Source: the human T2T-CHM13v2.0 reference genome, Homo sapiens
DNA length: 64,000 bases
Strand: one strand, 5' to 3'
NCBI RefSeq assembly: GCF_009914755.1
Contig: NC_060928.1
A program made the translations under genes and the position numbers. The notes below the pieces were generated by a model. That model was not told where the DNA came from, searched no databases, and saw only the letters and a program-made list of their open reading frames with translations. Positions within the stretch are counted from its first letter, which is position 1. Each line of letters starts with the position of its first letter. Shown one piece after another: positions 11,417 through 25,151 of this stretch.

Positions 11417-13679
11417 GCCTAGAGCAATGCCTGGCACACAGTTGACATGGAATACCTATTATTGAATAAATAAATGATTAAACAAAGGATCTTCTGTGAT
11501 GCCATTGCCACATAAAATGAAACCTTCAAGGAAGCAGGGAAGGTAAACTAATCCATGCCCAACAGCAAAGAAAAACAACCATAAAAGATTCCTACAATGA
11601 TGATCCTGTAAAACAAAAAGGACTTAGTTTTACAGAATTAGAGCTATGGCAAATTTCTTGAGTGCCATTTTCTTGGAAGGGAAAGCCAAATGTAGTGTGA
11701 TAGTGGTTTGGAATTAATTAATGAATGACCTTAATAGATTTTATTTTCAAAGAATGAGCCAATTCTCATCCTATAATTTATTCTAGAGTCTGAAGTCACA
11801 AAACATGAGAATTTGACCTATGCAAATCAAACTCATGAATATGAGGAAGTGGCTTAGTCCAGCAAAGACTGTAGCCCAGCTGTTGGAAGTCCTTATGCTT
11901 TATAACTTTTTTATGTTCTAAAAAAACAAACTAACTAAACAAAACACATGGGTTTGTCTGGCAGATGCCAGAGAACAGCTTCTGCTTGTGGACCTCAAAT
12001 GCACCGATGCAAATTAAAACATGAAAGGTAGCCGGTGTCTTTACGGCCTGGATCACCACCATGTTCACCTCCTGGGTTCTTATATGGCCACTTCATAGTT
12101 TCCCAAGTTTGGCATGTTTACTTAGTACTGCCAACATGATTGCATAAATCAAGTGCTTTGACACAAACACACCCTTTTCTCATTTTAAACTGAATGATCA
12201 TTAATCTCTCATAATTTACTATTCATGAATGCTATAGCACTTCTTGAAATGCAAAAACAAACTGTTGACAGCTTCAAAATATAGCAGCCCATTAATCTGC
12301 TTAAAGCAAGTTCTAGGATTTTCCTTTCATTAGCATTACCAGTGAGGAAGCCGCTTTACTTCCTAAATACACTGAGAGGTGTCTCTATCTTCAGTAACTT
12401 GTTCAGCCTGCTTCTCCTGTCAAAATGACATTTGGACCACAGTTTGTAACTTAACTTAGATTCATTAGCCAATAGTATATATTCACCTTGTATTAAAAAC
12501 TCATACTGAACCATGTCAAACAATTTTGCTTTGACATAGCTCTCAGAGGCTATTTTGAAGAAATTTCTAAAGTCTGAAATAGCAGACTTTCCTTATGAAT
12601 AATTTCCTTACGAAATTAGTAAATTAAGACAATATAAAATTATGAACTGTTTAAAATATTAACTATCAATCCTTGCACCACCTTGACATTTGACTTAGAA
12701 AAAAAAGTTTTTGTACAGCTTAATTTCCCCTCTAAGATCAATGAACACTTTTACCTCTTATAGCTATTACAATAAAAACCTTCCTTTGAACACTCCTAAA
12801 TCTCTTTTGATGAAAGAATTGAGATTATAAAAAGAATATAAAGTATTAATTAAACTACTACCAGAAAGTCTACATCTTATTATAACACAGTTGTGCCTTC
12901 AATGCTTTAGGGGCCCAAAATAGACAGCTGCAGGACAGGTCTTTCCAAATAAAGCAGCTTGGAAGATGAACTGCTGAATGTCCCAGTGGTGTCATTGTGT
13001 TTGACGTTGGCATCATTTTCTTTTACTTTCTATTCTCCTTTGAAGTCTGAGTCAATGCTCCTACACTGTTAACTTAAAAAAATTATTTAGAAGGCAGAGT
13101 TGGGAGATGTTCAATCTGAGTTTAGGAAACTTCTTTCAAATAAAGATATATTCCAAGGTATGGCTGTGATCCAACTTCCACATAAAATGAAAATTCCTTA
13201 CAGTATTTTATGATGGAACCTGTGCCACTCCAACCTTCATACATTTCAAATACAACCATTTCATATTAGTTACCTTCATATGTTACTTTTTAAAACTTTT
13301 TCCAGGAGGAGTCTTTAGGCTTTTCTAGGTAAACGATCATGTCATCGGCAAACAGCAACAGTCTGACTTCCTCTTTACCAATTTGGGTGCCTTTTATTTC
13401 TTTCTCCTGTCTGATTGCTCTGGCTAGGACTTCCAGTACTATATTGAAGAGGAGTGGTGAGAGTGGACATGCTTGTCTTGTTCCAGATCTCGGAGGGAAT
13501 GCTTTCAACTTTTCCCCCTTCAGTATTATATTGGCTGTGGGTTTGCCACAGATGGCTTTTATCATATTGAGGTATGGTCCTTGTATGATGATTTTGCTGG
13601 GAGTTTCAATCATAAAGCTATGCTGGATTTTGAATACTTTTTCTGCATCATTGAGATGATCATGTGTGTTTTTTATTAA

Positions 13680-14053
<374 letters not shown>

Positions 14054-17000
14054 TTTTGTTTTTAATTCTGTTTATGTGATATATCACATTTATTGACTTA
14101 CATATGTTAAATCATCCCTACCTCCCTGGTATAAAACCTACTTGATCATGGTGTATTATCTTTTTGATATGTTGTTAGATTTGGTTAGCTAGTATTTTGT
14201 TAAGGATTTTAGCCTTTATGTTCATCAGGGATATTGGTCTGTAGTTTTCCTTTTTGGTTATATCCTTTCCTGGTTTAGTATTAGGGTGATACTGGCTTCA
14301 CAGAATGATTTAGGGAGGGTTCCCTCTTTCTCCATCTTGTGGAATAGTGTCAATAGGACTGGTACCAAGTCTTCTTTGAATGTCTGGTAGAATTCTGCTG
14401 TAAATCCGTCAGGTCCTGGGCTTCATTTTGTTGGTATTTTTAAAATTACCATTTCAATCTTACTGCTTGTTATTGGTCTGTTCGGGGTACCTAATTCTTT
14501 CTGATTTAAGCTAGGAGGGTTGTATCTTTCCAGGAATTTATCCATCTCTTCTAGGTTTTCCAGTTTATGTGTGTAAACATGTTCATAATAGCCTTCAATG
14601 ATCTTTTGTATTTCTGTGGTGTCAGTTGTAATATCTCCTGGTTTGTTTCTTATTGAGCTTATTTGGATTTTCTCTGTTCTTTTCTTGGTTAATCTTGCTA
14701 ATAGTCTATCAACTTTATTTATCTTTTCAAAGAACCAGATTTTTGTTTCATTTATCTTTTGTATTTTGTTGTTGTTGTTGTTTCAATTTCATTTAGTTCT
14801 GTTCGGATCTTGGTTATTTCCTTTCTTCTTCTGGGTTTGGGTTTGGTTTGTTCTTGTTTCTCTAGTTCCTTGAGGTGTGACCTTAGGTAGTCTGTTTGTG
14901 CTCCTTCAGACTTTTTGATGTAGACCTTTAGGGCTATGAACTTTCCTCTCAGCATTGCCTTTACTATATCCCAGAGGTTTTGATAGGTTGTGTCACTAGT
15001 GTCATTCAGTTTGAAAAATTTTTTAATTTCCATTTTGATTTCATTTTTGATCCAATGATCATCCAGGAGCAGGTTATTTAATTTCCATGTATTTGCATGG
15101 TTTTGAAGGTTCCTTTTGGAGTTGATTTCTCATTTTATTTCACTGTGGTCTATGAGAGTGCTTGGTCTAATTTCAATTTTCTTAAATTTATTGAGGCTCG
15201 TTTTGTGGCCTATCATATGGTCTATCTTGGAGAAAGTTCCATGTACTGCTGAATAGAATGTGTATTCTGTGGTTGTTGGATGGAATGTTCTGTATATATC
15301 TGTTAACTCCATTTGTTTCAGGATATAGTTTAAATCCATTGTCTCTTTGTTGACTTTCTGTAGTGATGACCTGCCTAGTGCTGTCAGTGGAGTATTGAAG
15401 TCCCCTATTATTATGGTGTTGCTGTCTATCTCATTTCTTAGGTCTATTAGTAATTATTTTATAAATTTAGAAGCTCAAGTGTTAGGTGCATATATATTTA
15501 GGATTGTGATATTTTCCTGTTGGAAAAGGCCTTTTATCATTATATAATGTCCCTCTTTGTCTTTTTTAACTGCTATTGCTTTAAAGTTTGTTTTGTCTGA
15601 TATGAGAATAGTTACTCCTGCTCACTTTTGGTGTCCATTGTCTGAAATGTCTTTTTCCATCCCTTTACCTTAAGTTTGAGTGAATCCTTATGTGTTAGGT
15701 GAGTCTTTTGAAGGCAGTAGATGGTTGGTGAATTCTTATCCTTTCTGCAATTTTGTATCTTTTAAGTGGACCATTTTAGCCATTTACATTCAATGTCAGT
15801 ATTGAGACGTGAGGTATCATTTCATTCATTGTGCTATTTGTTGCCTGTGTACCTTGGTTTTTTGTTTTTTGGTTTTGGTTTTTAAATTGTAATTTTGTTT
15901 CATAGGTCGTGTGAGATTTATCTTTTAAAGAGGTTCTGTTTTGATGTGTTTCCAGGATTTGTTTCAAGATTTAGAGCTCCTTTTAGCAGTTCTTGTAGTG
16001 ATGGCTTGGTAGTGGTGAATTCTCTCAGCATTTGTTTGTCTAAAAAAGACTGTATTTTTCCTTCACATATGAAGCTTAGTTTTGCTGGATACAAAATTCT
16101 TGGCTGATAATTGTTTTGTTTGAGGAGGCTGAACATAGGGCCCCCAGTCCCTTCTAGCTCGTAGGGTTTTTGCTGAGAAATCTGCTGTTAATCTGACAGG
16201 TTTTCCTTTATAGGTTACCTGGTGGTTTTGTCTCACAGCTCTTAAGATTCTTTCCTTCATCTTAACTTTAGATAACCTGATGACAATGTGCCTAAGCAAC
16301 GATCTTTCTGCAATGATTTTCCCAGGTATTCTTTGTGCTTCTTATATTTAGATGTCTAGGTCTCTAACAAGGCTGGGGAAGTTTTCCTCAATTATTCCCC
16401 CAATATGTTTTCCAAACTTTTAGATTTCTCTTCTTCCTCAGGAACACTGCTTATTCTTAGGTTTGGTCATTTAACATGATCCCAGACTTCTTGGAGGCTT
16501 TGTTCATATTTTCTTATTCGTTTTTTTTTTTTTTTTTTGTCCTTGCTGGATTGGGTTTATTTGAAAACCTTGTCTTCAAGCTCTGAATTTCTTTCTTCCA
16601 CTTGTTCAGTTCTATTGCTGAGACTTCCCACAGCGTTTTGCATTTGTATAAATGGTCCATTGTTTCTTGAAGTTTTTATTGTTTTTTATTTGTGTGATCT
16701 ATCTCCTTGAATATTTCTCCCTTCACTTCTTGTATCATTTCTTGGATTTCCTTACATTGGGCTTCACCTTTCTCTGTTGCCTCCCTGATTAGCTTAATAA
16801 CTAACCTTCTGAATTCTTTTTCAGGTAAATAGGGGATTTCTTCTTGGTTTGCGTCCATTGCTGGTGAGCTAGTGTGATTTTTTTTGAGATCTTAAAGAAC
16901 CTTGTTTTGTCATATTACCAGAGTTGGTTTTTTGGTTCCTTCTCATTTGGGTAGTCTCTGTCAGGGGGAAGGTCTAGGGCTGAAGGCTGTTGTTCAGATT

Positions 17001-18409
17001 CTTTTGTCCCATGGGGTGTTCCTTTGATGTAGTACTCTCCCCCTTTTCCTATGGATGTGGCTTCCTGAGAGCTGAGCTGTAGTGATTGTTATATCTCTTC
17101 TGGATCTAGCCCCTCAGAAGTCTACTATACTCCGCACTGGTACTGCGGGTTGTCTGCACAGAGACCTGTGATGTGAACTGTCTGTGGGTCTCTCAGCCAT
17201 GGATACCAGTGCAATATTTGGGGTGTCTCCCGAGTCCAGCAGGAGCAATCCGCTTCCTTCAGGGAGCCTGTGGCTCCTCTCAGATTTTCTAATTTATTCC
17301 TGAGGTCATTCTGGAGCAAAAATTCACGATAGGAACCTCCACATGCTGCTCTGTCTGTCTCAGTTGAAGCTACAATCTAGTCCTACCTCCCATCCACCAT
17401 GATCCCCATTCAGTCAATCTTTCATATGTTACTTCTATCCCATGTGCATTGACTCTATGTCCATTGTGGACAATTTAAGATTATATTAGTAATTTATGCA
17501 CATGTATTTGATATTTATACTATTTATAGCTTAAATGATTGCATTTTGCCAGCAAATTATTACCTAAAAAGAATAAAAGTGTCTTGCCAATGACTCGCCA
17601 ATAATACAAAGTTCTCTTATAGGTGACTACTTAGAGCCAGAGGTACAATATAAACAAACACACTATAATAAAGAGGAAAAGTTGCAAATGTTTGCAAAAG
17701 TTTTCAATCTAATGGGTATCTAGCTTATATGGAAATTTTATGGAATACAATTCGAGCTATAATATTAAATCAATTTTTTTAAGTTTGAGATTTTACTAAT
17801 TTTTTCTCTAGCCATAAAACACATTTTCAAAGCATTATTTCTTTAATAAATAACACATATAGATATACATATATATGCATGTTTAGTGGCAGATAACTAG
17901 ATTCACTTTGTAAAAAATTCTCTAGACCCTCATTCCTTCTAGATTTCACACCCTATCCTTACTCCCTGCCCTCTCTCTCTTACCTCCTTACTGTGTAGAT
18001 TGTTTTAACCTCCAGCAGAATTCACTACTTTCTCTCAGATTTTCCATCAGAAAATGTCTAAGATGAGATCTATGATTGAGGAGCCTGTAAAATGATGAAT
18101 TTTTTTTTAATAGTCTAGGAAAGAGAGAAGTTTGTAAAGATTAATAAAACCACACCAGTAAATTATATCCCCTATAATTAATAAATTGTAATATGGATTA
18201 TAAAAGAAAATAACACGTTGTTTTGAGAAAAAAATATAGATGGGGAGGAGAGTCTGAGAATCCTCTGCAGAAGTTGAATTTGAGCTGAGCCGAGACCTGA
18301 AAGATAAACCAATTTCTGTGTTTAAAGTCCTCACGGTCCAGATAGAACAGGAGATCACTAGCAGTGATGTTACTAAAAATTGACTAAGAAAACAACCTCC
18401 TAATTTTGC

Positions 18410-18715
18410 TTTTTTTTTTTTTTTTTTTTTTGAGACAGAGTCTCACTGTGTCGCTGAGGCTAGGATGCAGAGGTACGATCTCAGCTCACTGCAGCCTCAA
18501 CCTCCCAGGTTCAAGCCTTTCTCGTGCCTTAGCCTCCTGAGTAGCTGAGATTACAGGTATGTGCCACCATGCCCAGCTAATTTTTTGTATTTTTAGTAGT
18601 GACAGAGTTTCACCATATTGGCCAGGCTGGTCTCAGACTCCTGGCCTCAAGTTGATCTGCCCGCCTCAGCCTCCCAAAGTGCTGGGGTTACAGACATGAG
18701 CCACAGCGCCCAGCC
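18410..18715 (-). mobile_element. Alu (AluSz/Jb-like)
   Basis: full dimer; TSD taattttgcttt / taattttacttt. Confidence 0.93.
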
Positions 18716-19177
18716 ATAATTTTACTTTTCATGTTACATTTTCATTCAGTGAGCCTCCTAAGAATAAAACAAAACTTAACACACTTGGTCACAAACTATG
18801 AGGCAGATCATATGAAGTGGCTGATATCTGAACAGTTTTTTCCTATAACAACCTAAAACAGAGAAATGAAAACAAACAAAACCTCTTAATGCAGCCTATT
18901 TACATTCCTTTCATCCCCACATTAAATGATTGTAACCCAGAATAGTCTGTGGAAATTCTCTATCTTGTCCAATTTGTCCCACTGCCAAAGGCATACAGTG
19001 TTAAACAGCGACCTGGATCCTGGAAAGAGTTCACAGTTTCCAAAGGCATCTAATTCTACCATCTGGATGTGAAATTGCATATGGTTGCCCGCTTAAAGTT
19101 CAGGGTCATAGCTGACACTCAGAAAATTTTAAAAGGTAAAAATAGTACCTCCAATAATTTTTTCTACTTGTCCCCGA

Positions 19178-20206
19178 TAGAGTTCAGGACACACTCCCTC
19201 AAAATCCACCACCTTGGCATACTGAGTATTTTAAGCTGGAGAAAAGAGAGGAAGCAGACAGTTCTCTCTGACTTCAGCCCTTCTCCCATAAAGGAAGTCA
19301 TAAAACCTAGGAAGGTTTTATGACCTATTCCTGAAGCAAGTCATAGGACCCACACGTGAGAGGTTCCCCACCCCCACCTCATCAGCAAAAAGGAATATTC
19401 TTACCCTGACAGGAAGAGGCTGAGAAAGAAAATAAACTTTTTATCTGAGAAATCCTAGCCCCTTTAAATTGTCAGGCCCAGAGAGGCATGGAAATGAGAC
19501 AGCAGTCATATACCACTTTAACCCCTATCCTTGAGCTAAGTCATCATTTTGAAACCACTTACTATGTGGGGTCTAAACCAACTGATGCCACAAATATCTA
19601 TAAATTAACCTAACAATGCCATAGACTAGACATTCTAACTGAAAATACACTACAGTTCAACAATGTATGGCCAATTGCTAAACAATGTTATTTCTGAAAG
19701 CCAATGAGAATTCCTGAAAAACAGTTTTGTAATCTCTCCATCCAGATTCATCCATTTTTCTTTAAAAGCTTGAGCCTCTCATTTGTTCTCTGAAGTGCTT
19801 CCCAGGGCAACTTGAAAGTGTTTTGTGGGCAGCAGTCCTCGACCTTAGCCCAAATAAACTCTCTATCCTAAATTGCCTCCATTTCTTCCTTTAGGTTGAC
19901 AGGGCACAGAGAAGAATCTGAGCAACTGGGTCTTCCCACGTTTCCCCAGTTTATTATCATTAGATCAGACCCTTCCTGCTCAACCAGATTTTTCCACAAC
20001 TCTCCACTCTTCATGAAACCTACTATTAGAAAACTAAGGTTTAATTGTTTCTTCACGTCTTCATTTATTTATAAAGTCTCCTGTGTCATTTAAAGCTTAT
20101 ATTGAAGTAATGTGTATGCCTTTCTCTTGCTAACCCATTGTTTATTATGGAGGCCTCAGCCATGAACCTATGGTAGGTGAAGAGAAGATATTTTTCCTCC
20201 TCTACA
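19178..20206 (+). mobile_element. ERV1 solo LTR (MER39/MER34 group) split by a second LTR
   Basis: ttcaggacac...caccttggcatactgagtattttaagctg; 3' half gagaagaatctgagcaac...ctcagccatgaaccta...cctctaca. Confidence 0.7.
19421..19901 (+). mobile_element. nested solo LTR (LTR47-like)
   Basis: TG...CA ends, ttttatctgag...ccctttaaattgtcaggcccagagaggc, aataaa near 3' end, flanks aggc/gggc. Confidence 0.7.
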
Positions 20207-20706
20207 TCTTGCTCCCACGCAACATTTTTTCCTCCTTTTGTGTTCAGTATGGGCAGGTTGTAGATGTACACTTTAGACCACACAAGCACAATAACTCTGC
20301 AATTAAGAATATTACCTATTGATAAGTTACTTTACTTTTCTGTTTGGTGGCATTTGGAGAGTCCTAGCAATGACAATAAATAATAAGAATTCTCCTTACG
20401 GGTATATGATCATGGGTTAGCCTACTAAATAGATATAAATGAGTATAAAAATGCAAAGACATGAATGGAAAAGAATTATTTCCCTTAATACTATGTTTAC
20501 CTCAAAGACTCAGGTAACTGCAGATAATTTTGAAAGTATTTTATTGGCTGCACAGGAAGATTTGGGGCTAGCTAGCTAACTAGTTAATGCTGCTTATATT
20601 CTCTACTAGGTCTTGTTTTATATGTTCAAAAGCTGGTCACTAAAACTTAGGATGGTGATTAGCTGGCATTGAACATTTCTGAGGTCATGATAGGCATAAC
20701 ACATAC

Positions 20707-20751
20707 CTAATCTGATGTGTGCATAAATTAAATGAAAACAAAAGCCATTTC
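20707..20751 (-). other. candidate 45-nt internal exon
   Basis: long polypyrimidine tract ending tgtttcag, donor AG|gtatgt, unique DNA. Confidence 0.45.
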
Positions 20752-21059
20752 CTGAAACAGTGAATAGGTGACAGAAAAACAGAAATGAATGAAATAAAAG
20801 TAAAACTTTAAAAAAAAAAATCAAAATTGCTAGGTCTTCAGGACTTAGTCTGGCATTTCTTTTCCTTAAAGCACTTTAAAAAAAAGAAACAATACCATAT
20901 TTCATTGAAGACAGTAACACCTACTATTCCCATTTCTTATCCCTCTCCATAAACCAGAAGGGCCATATTCCCACTGGGCAGGGTGACCAGTTTCCTATAG
21001 TCTTTGTTCTTGTTTTTCCTAATGAAAGCTAACAGCTAGACTTTTCTTTATGCTATCCA

Positions 21060-21540
21060 ACAGACAAAAAGAGCATTTTTGCTCTAGAGAAATCTAATTT
21101 TACAGACAAAAAAACTGAGGTGTATCAAGGCCAAATGAATGATATTACTGATCATTCTTGTGATTATTATATTAATAATTATAATTAAATCTGTTTAGAG
21201 CTAACCACACACGAAGTAATATGTTAAGATGTCACATGTGTTAACTCATTTTGTTCCTTAAACAGGTCTGCAATTTTGGTATTATTTTTCCTATTTTACC
21301 AGTGAAGGAAAAACTTTAAGAAACTAATGATCTTATGGGAAAGCTAGTAAGTAATAAAGCAAGGACATTAAAACACTCCATTATACTGTCTCTTAAATAA
21401 TAGACATCATTTATTGAGCACCTTCTATATGCCAGTTACTTACTACATTGTATCATTTAATACTGACCCCATAGAAATAGCTGTGGCAACTGAGAGTAAA
21501 GAAGGCCAGTAATTTGCCAAAGGCTGCACTGCACAAGAAA
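21060..21540 (-). mobile_element. MIR fragments
   Basis: ttttacagacaaaaaaactgagg, cctattttaccagtgaagg, catttattgagcacc. Confidence 0.55.
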
Positions 21541-21802
21541 GACCATGGCAGAGGCTTGACTTAAGTAGAGGCCTATATTTTAGAAGCTCCTGCTATTTCT
21601 TCCAGGCTTTCCAAAAGGTTCAGAGGAGCCAATATTTTAAGTCCACGGGGCTTGGTTTTTAACACTCCTTCTCGTCAAAGGCTTGCTCATCCACCAGTCA
21701 TTAGCACACTTAGTTATTCCCAGACTTAATCTTATCCCCAAACCTTTAGATGTAATTATTTGTCCCCTGTGATCATTACAAACACCACTGATATGCAATT
21801 AC

Positions 21803-21941
21803 CTATGCTTCGGACTTTTTCAATCTATTGAAATGTCTCCAAATGCCCTGGGACTTAAGCTCCCACTTTTAATTCTCATATCATTAACAATTATTAATGT
21901 GAGAGCCAGAATGGATATTTCCATATAAACAGCCTCAGTGA
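21803..21941 (-). other. candidate 139-nt exon (stops in all frames)
   Basis: acceptor ctttttctttggtaattttacag, donor AG|gtaatt. Confidence 0.3.
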
Positions 21942-24387
21942 CTGTAAAATTACCAAAGAAAAAGCTCATAGATTCCAGCTACCAGAGTAGACACAGGCTC
22001 TGCTAAGAATATCTCTGATCATAGCCAGAGAGAGTCCTTGGAGAGTTTTTGATTTGATATATGACAAGGCAGTTTAAAACACTACATTTTTGAAAGTTAA
22101 CTTATTTATCTCTTCCATGCTCTAAATTTAACTTCTGGTTTTAATTTAAAATCATCATAAACTATTTATAACTTATCAGTAAAATGTACATTTACAGAAA
22201 GTCAAACCTAGGTCATAGAATAATTATTTGGTTTATTTGGTTTTGTTTTAGGAGGGGAAATATTAGTCCAGAGCATCAATATAAAAAACCATTAAATATG
22301 TGCTTATGTCCTTCTCCCATTCCTGAATTCCAAAACGAAGAATTTTTATTCTCTTCTCAGTTTGTATATTTTATAGTAGATCCAAATTTGGGTTAACTTT
22401 TTGCAAAGACATTTTGGCTTTAAAATAGACTCTCTGCCTCATGGTCAAGTTACATTCTTATTGCAACTTGATGTGAATCACTTCCCATTCGTAGCCCACA
22501 GTCAGTCTCTCTCTTAGATAAAGTTATGTGCAGCAATAAAATTTTAAACATGAACTCAGTATATGACTAGCTGTGAAATAAAGTTTCTTGATCATTTCTG
22601 TTTATTCTGAAACTGACAGACAGGTGTGCCTTATTTTTCCAGAGGCTTACAATGAGGTCAGAAGAAAAATACAATACTTTGTACATTCCGCTAATACTGT
22701 GAACTGAATTATTGTAACATGCAGCTGTTCTCAATTTTGAAAAGCCAATGCTATGCTCTGGATTACAGAACTTTATTTTTTTTATTTAAAAATGAATTAA
22801 AATAGGAAGCACAATCAAAGAGCAGAGTACAGCTTAGCTCAGGATCCAAAAATACAAATAAGAAAAATTTTACCTAGAGACAAAAATTATATAAGTTTTA
22901 GTAAAATACCTGTTTGGACAGTTTTAAATGTGGTGGAGTAAGGAATGTGTCATTTATTTATACATAGCCAAGTTTAGGGCCACAAGAGACAATCATGGAC
23001 CCAAGAAATGGGGACATTTGTGGCAAATATGACCAAAAAAAAAACTCTAGCCCTGATAGATCATATAGTCTATGAGGGAAGCTAGACATTAATAAATAAT
23101 TACAACATAAATATTTAAACACATATGAGATAACTTATAGAAAAGCACAGGGAACTGTGAGAACTTCTCATGGGAGAACCTGAGCTGTTTGGGGTTGGGG
23201 GTGGGTGACAGAGCAGGCCCCCTTGATGAAGTCCTACGGGAAGGGAGCAGGAAGCCAGATAAAAGAACTGGCAGAGCCAGGGAGCACATTCTCCAGTGAC
23301 TTTGTGATATGCTGGCAAAGGGACAGTGTAAACTGCATATTTCCAGATATGGGATCTACTTGGGATGTGTGGTGAAACTAATTATTCAAACTTCATGACC
23401 AAAAAAACACACAAACATCTGGTCTCTTAATTTTATTAGCACATATTATCACCGATTATGTCTTTTAATTTAAAAATATAATCAGTTCAATCTTTATCTC
23501 TCATGTCACAAGGATTACTTTATCTTAAGAGATTTTAGTTAAATTGTTCAATAGTCCTTTCTCCCTGTAGTGGGCACAACCCATTTCCTCATTTACATTG
23601 TTCTTGCCATCTCTCCATTATATGGAGTCTCCAGCCCCTTAGATGACTTAGCCCCTTTTCCCTGAGGTGACTATAATACCTCATGCAAACCTACATATTT
23701 TTTCTACTGTTGAATACTCACATGTGAGCTTTTTCTTGCCCATCCACAGTAAGGAGCATAAAACCCAAAAGAAAGAACAAACAGGCTTCGTATAACTAGG
23801 TCACACCTATCACATTTTACGTTCCAAGACAATTAGTTGGGTTGGAATTTCCCAATGAAAATATACATTTTATTAAACTGGAAACAGAACCTTGATAATG
23901 ATTCTTGGATCCCAGCATGAGCAAAGTATTATATGTTCCTGTCAGGGAAAGAAATAAAAGTGAGTGCAAAAAAATCTAGTGATTTTTTGAAGTAAAAGTG
24001 ATTGCAAAACATTTTTTATTGGCTTAGAGTAGAAATCAAATATTGATGCCTTATTTGGAATTGCTTCAACCTAGAACATTCAATATTTATTTGTTTATTC
24101 ATCTTAAAAAGCATGTGAGAAACTAGAAAATGCAGATAACTTATTAAATGCCTCTACTTATTTACCTAACTGGAGTATTGGCAGCAAAATTTATTTCTTT
24201 CTAGTACTATGGGAGATTTATCCGTGATTCAATGGTATTTTGTTGTTATATTTAAACTGGAATAAAGTAGATATATAGAAAATTATATAATGATTTTAAA
24301 TGACAAAAGGAGGCATTGTTATATTAAATTATTTTCACAGATGTTAGTTCACTGAGGATTATCAAATAATTGAAAAAGATTATGATG

Positions 24388-24611
24388 TGGACTGATCATT
24401 TGAGTCTAGGAATTCTAGAACAGCCTGTGCGACATGGCAAAACACCATCTCTACAAAAAAAATACAAATATTAGCTGGGCGGGGTCGTGCATGCCTGTAG
24501 TCCTAGCTACTCAGGAGGCTGGGGCAGGAAAATCACTTCAGCCCAGGAGGTGAAGGTTGCAGTGAGCCGAGATCACGCCACTGCACTCCAACCTGGGCAA
24601 CAGAATGAGAC

Positions 24612-24614
<3 letters not shown>
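24388..24614 (+). mobile_element. 5'-truncated AluJ
   Basis: ttgagtctaggaattc...ctctacaaaaaa...ttgcagtgagccgagatc; tail replaced by microsatellite. Confidence 0.88.

Positions 24615-24687
<73 letters not shown>
24614..24687. repeat. compound (CT)n(CA)n microsatellite
   Basis: about 22 CT units then about 14 CA units. Confidence 0.95.
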
Positions 24688-25058
24688 ATGAAAAAAAGTC
24701 ATTTTCCTATAGAATGCTCTCCAGTTACTGATAAAGAATACTCCCCTTTCTCAATGTTTCCTAGAAATCTCATTTGAGTTTAACAAAGTTCAATTTAAGA
24801 AGTTTGATCACATTTAATGTTTTTATTTCCTTTGCCACGGTTTTTCCCCCTTCAAACTAACTTCTAACATAAATCAACATTAAAAATTTTTTTTCAGAAA
24901 AGACACTTTATGTAAGGTAGTAGAGTTCACCAAAGTACCCAGATATCATGAACCAAGAGAAGCTCTGGGAATGATAATCCTTTGACAAACCAATGCAGCC
25001 ACCTGAAGCCAATTATAATTTAGGTTTAACAAAAAAATGGGAAGACTTTAGCTTTTAC

Positions 25059-25151
25059 CTAAATCTCGAAAGGCCTCAAACATCCCTGAAGACCGATCAT
25101 GTTTCAGATGGGGTCTTTTATAGTTACATATTTCACATATGTTGTTTTTTC
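25059..25151 (-). other. candidate 93-nt (or 99-nt) exon, open frame GKNNICEICNYKRPHLKHDRSSGMFEAFRDL
   Basis: acceptor tcttattctagctccag, donor AG|gtaaaa, phase 1-1, lies in ORF 25048-25287. Confidence 0.4.

Larger units (their letters stand above)
9270..11477 (+). mobile_element. L2 LINE interrupted by MLT1C(MER2) and MER33
   Basis: L2 pieces at ~9270-9649, ~10483-11096 and 11417-11477 (cctagagcaatgcctggcacacag...ttgaataaataaatga). Confidence 0.8.

Noticed and set aside
22651-22757. additional minus-strand exon candidate with an open frame
   Set aside because: Acceptor lacks a polypyrimidine tract.
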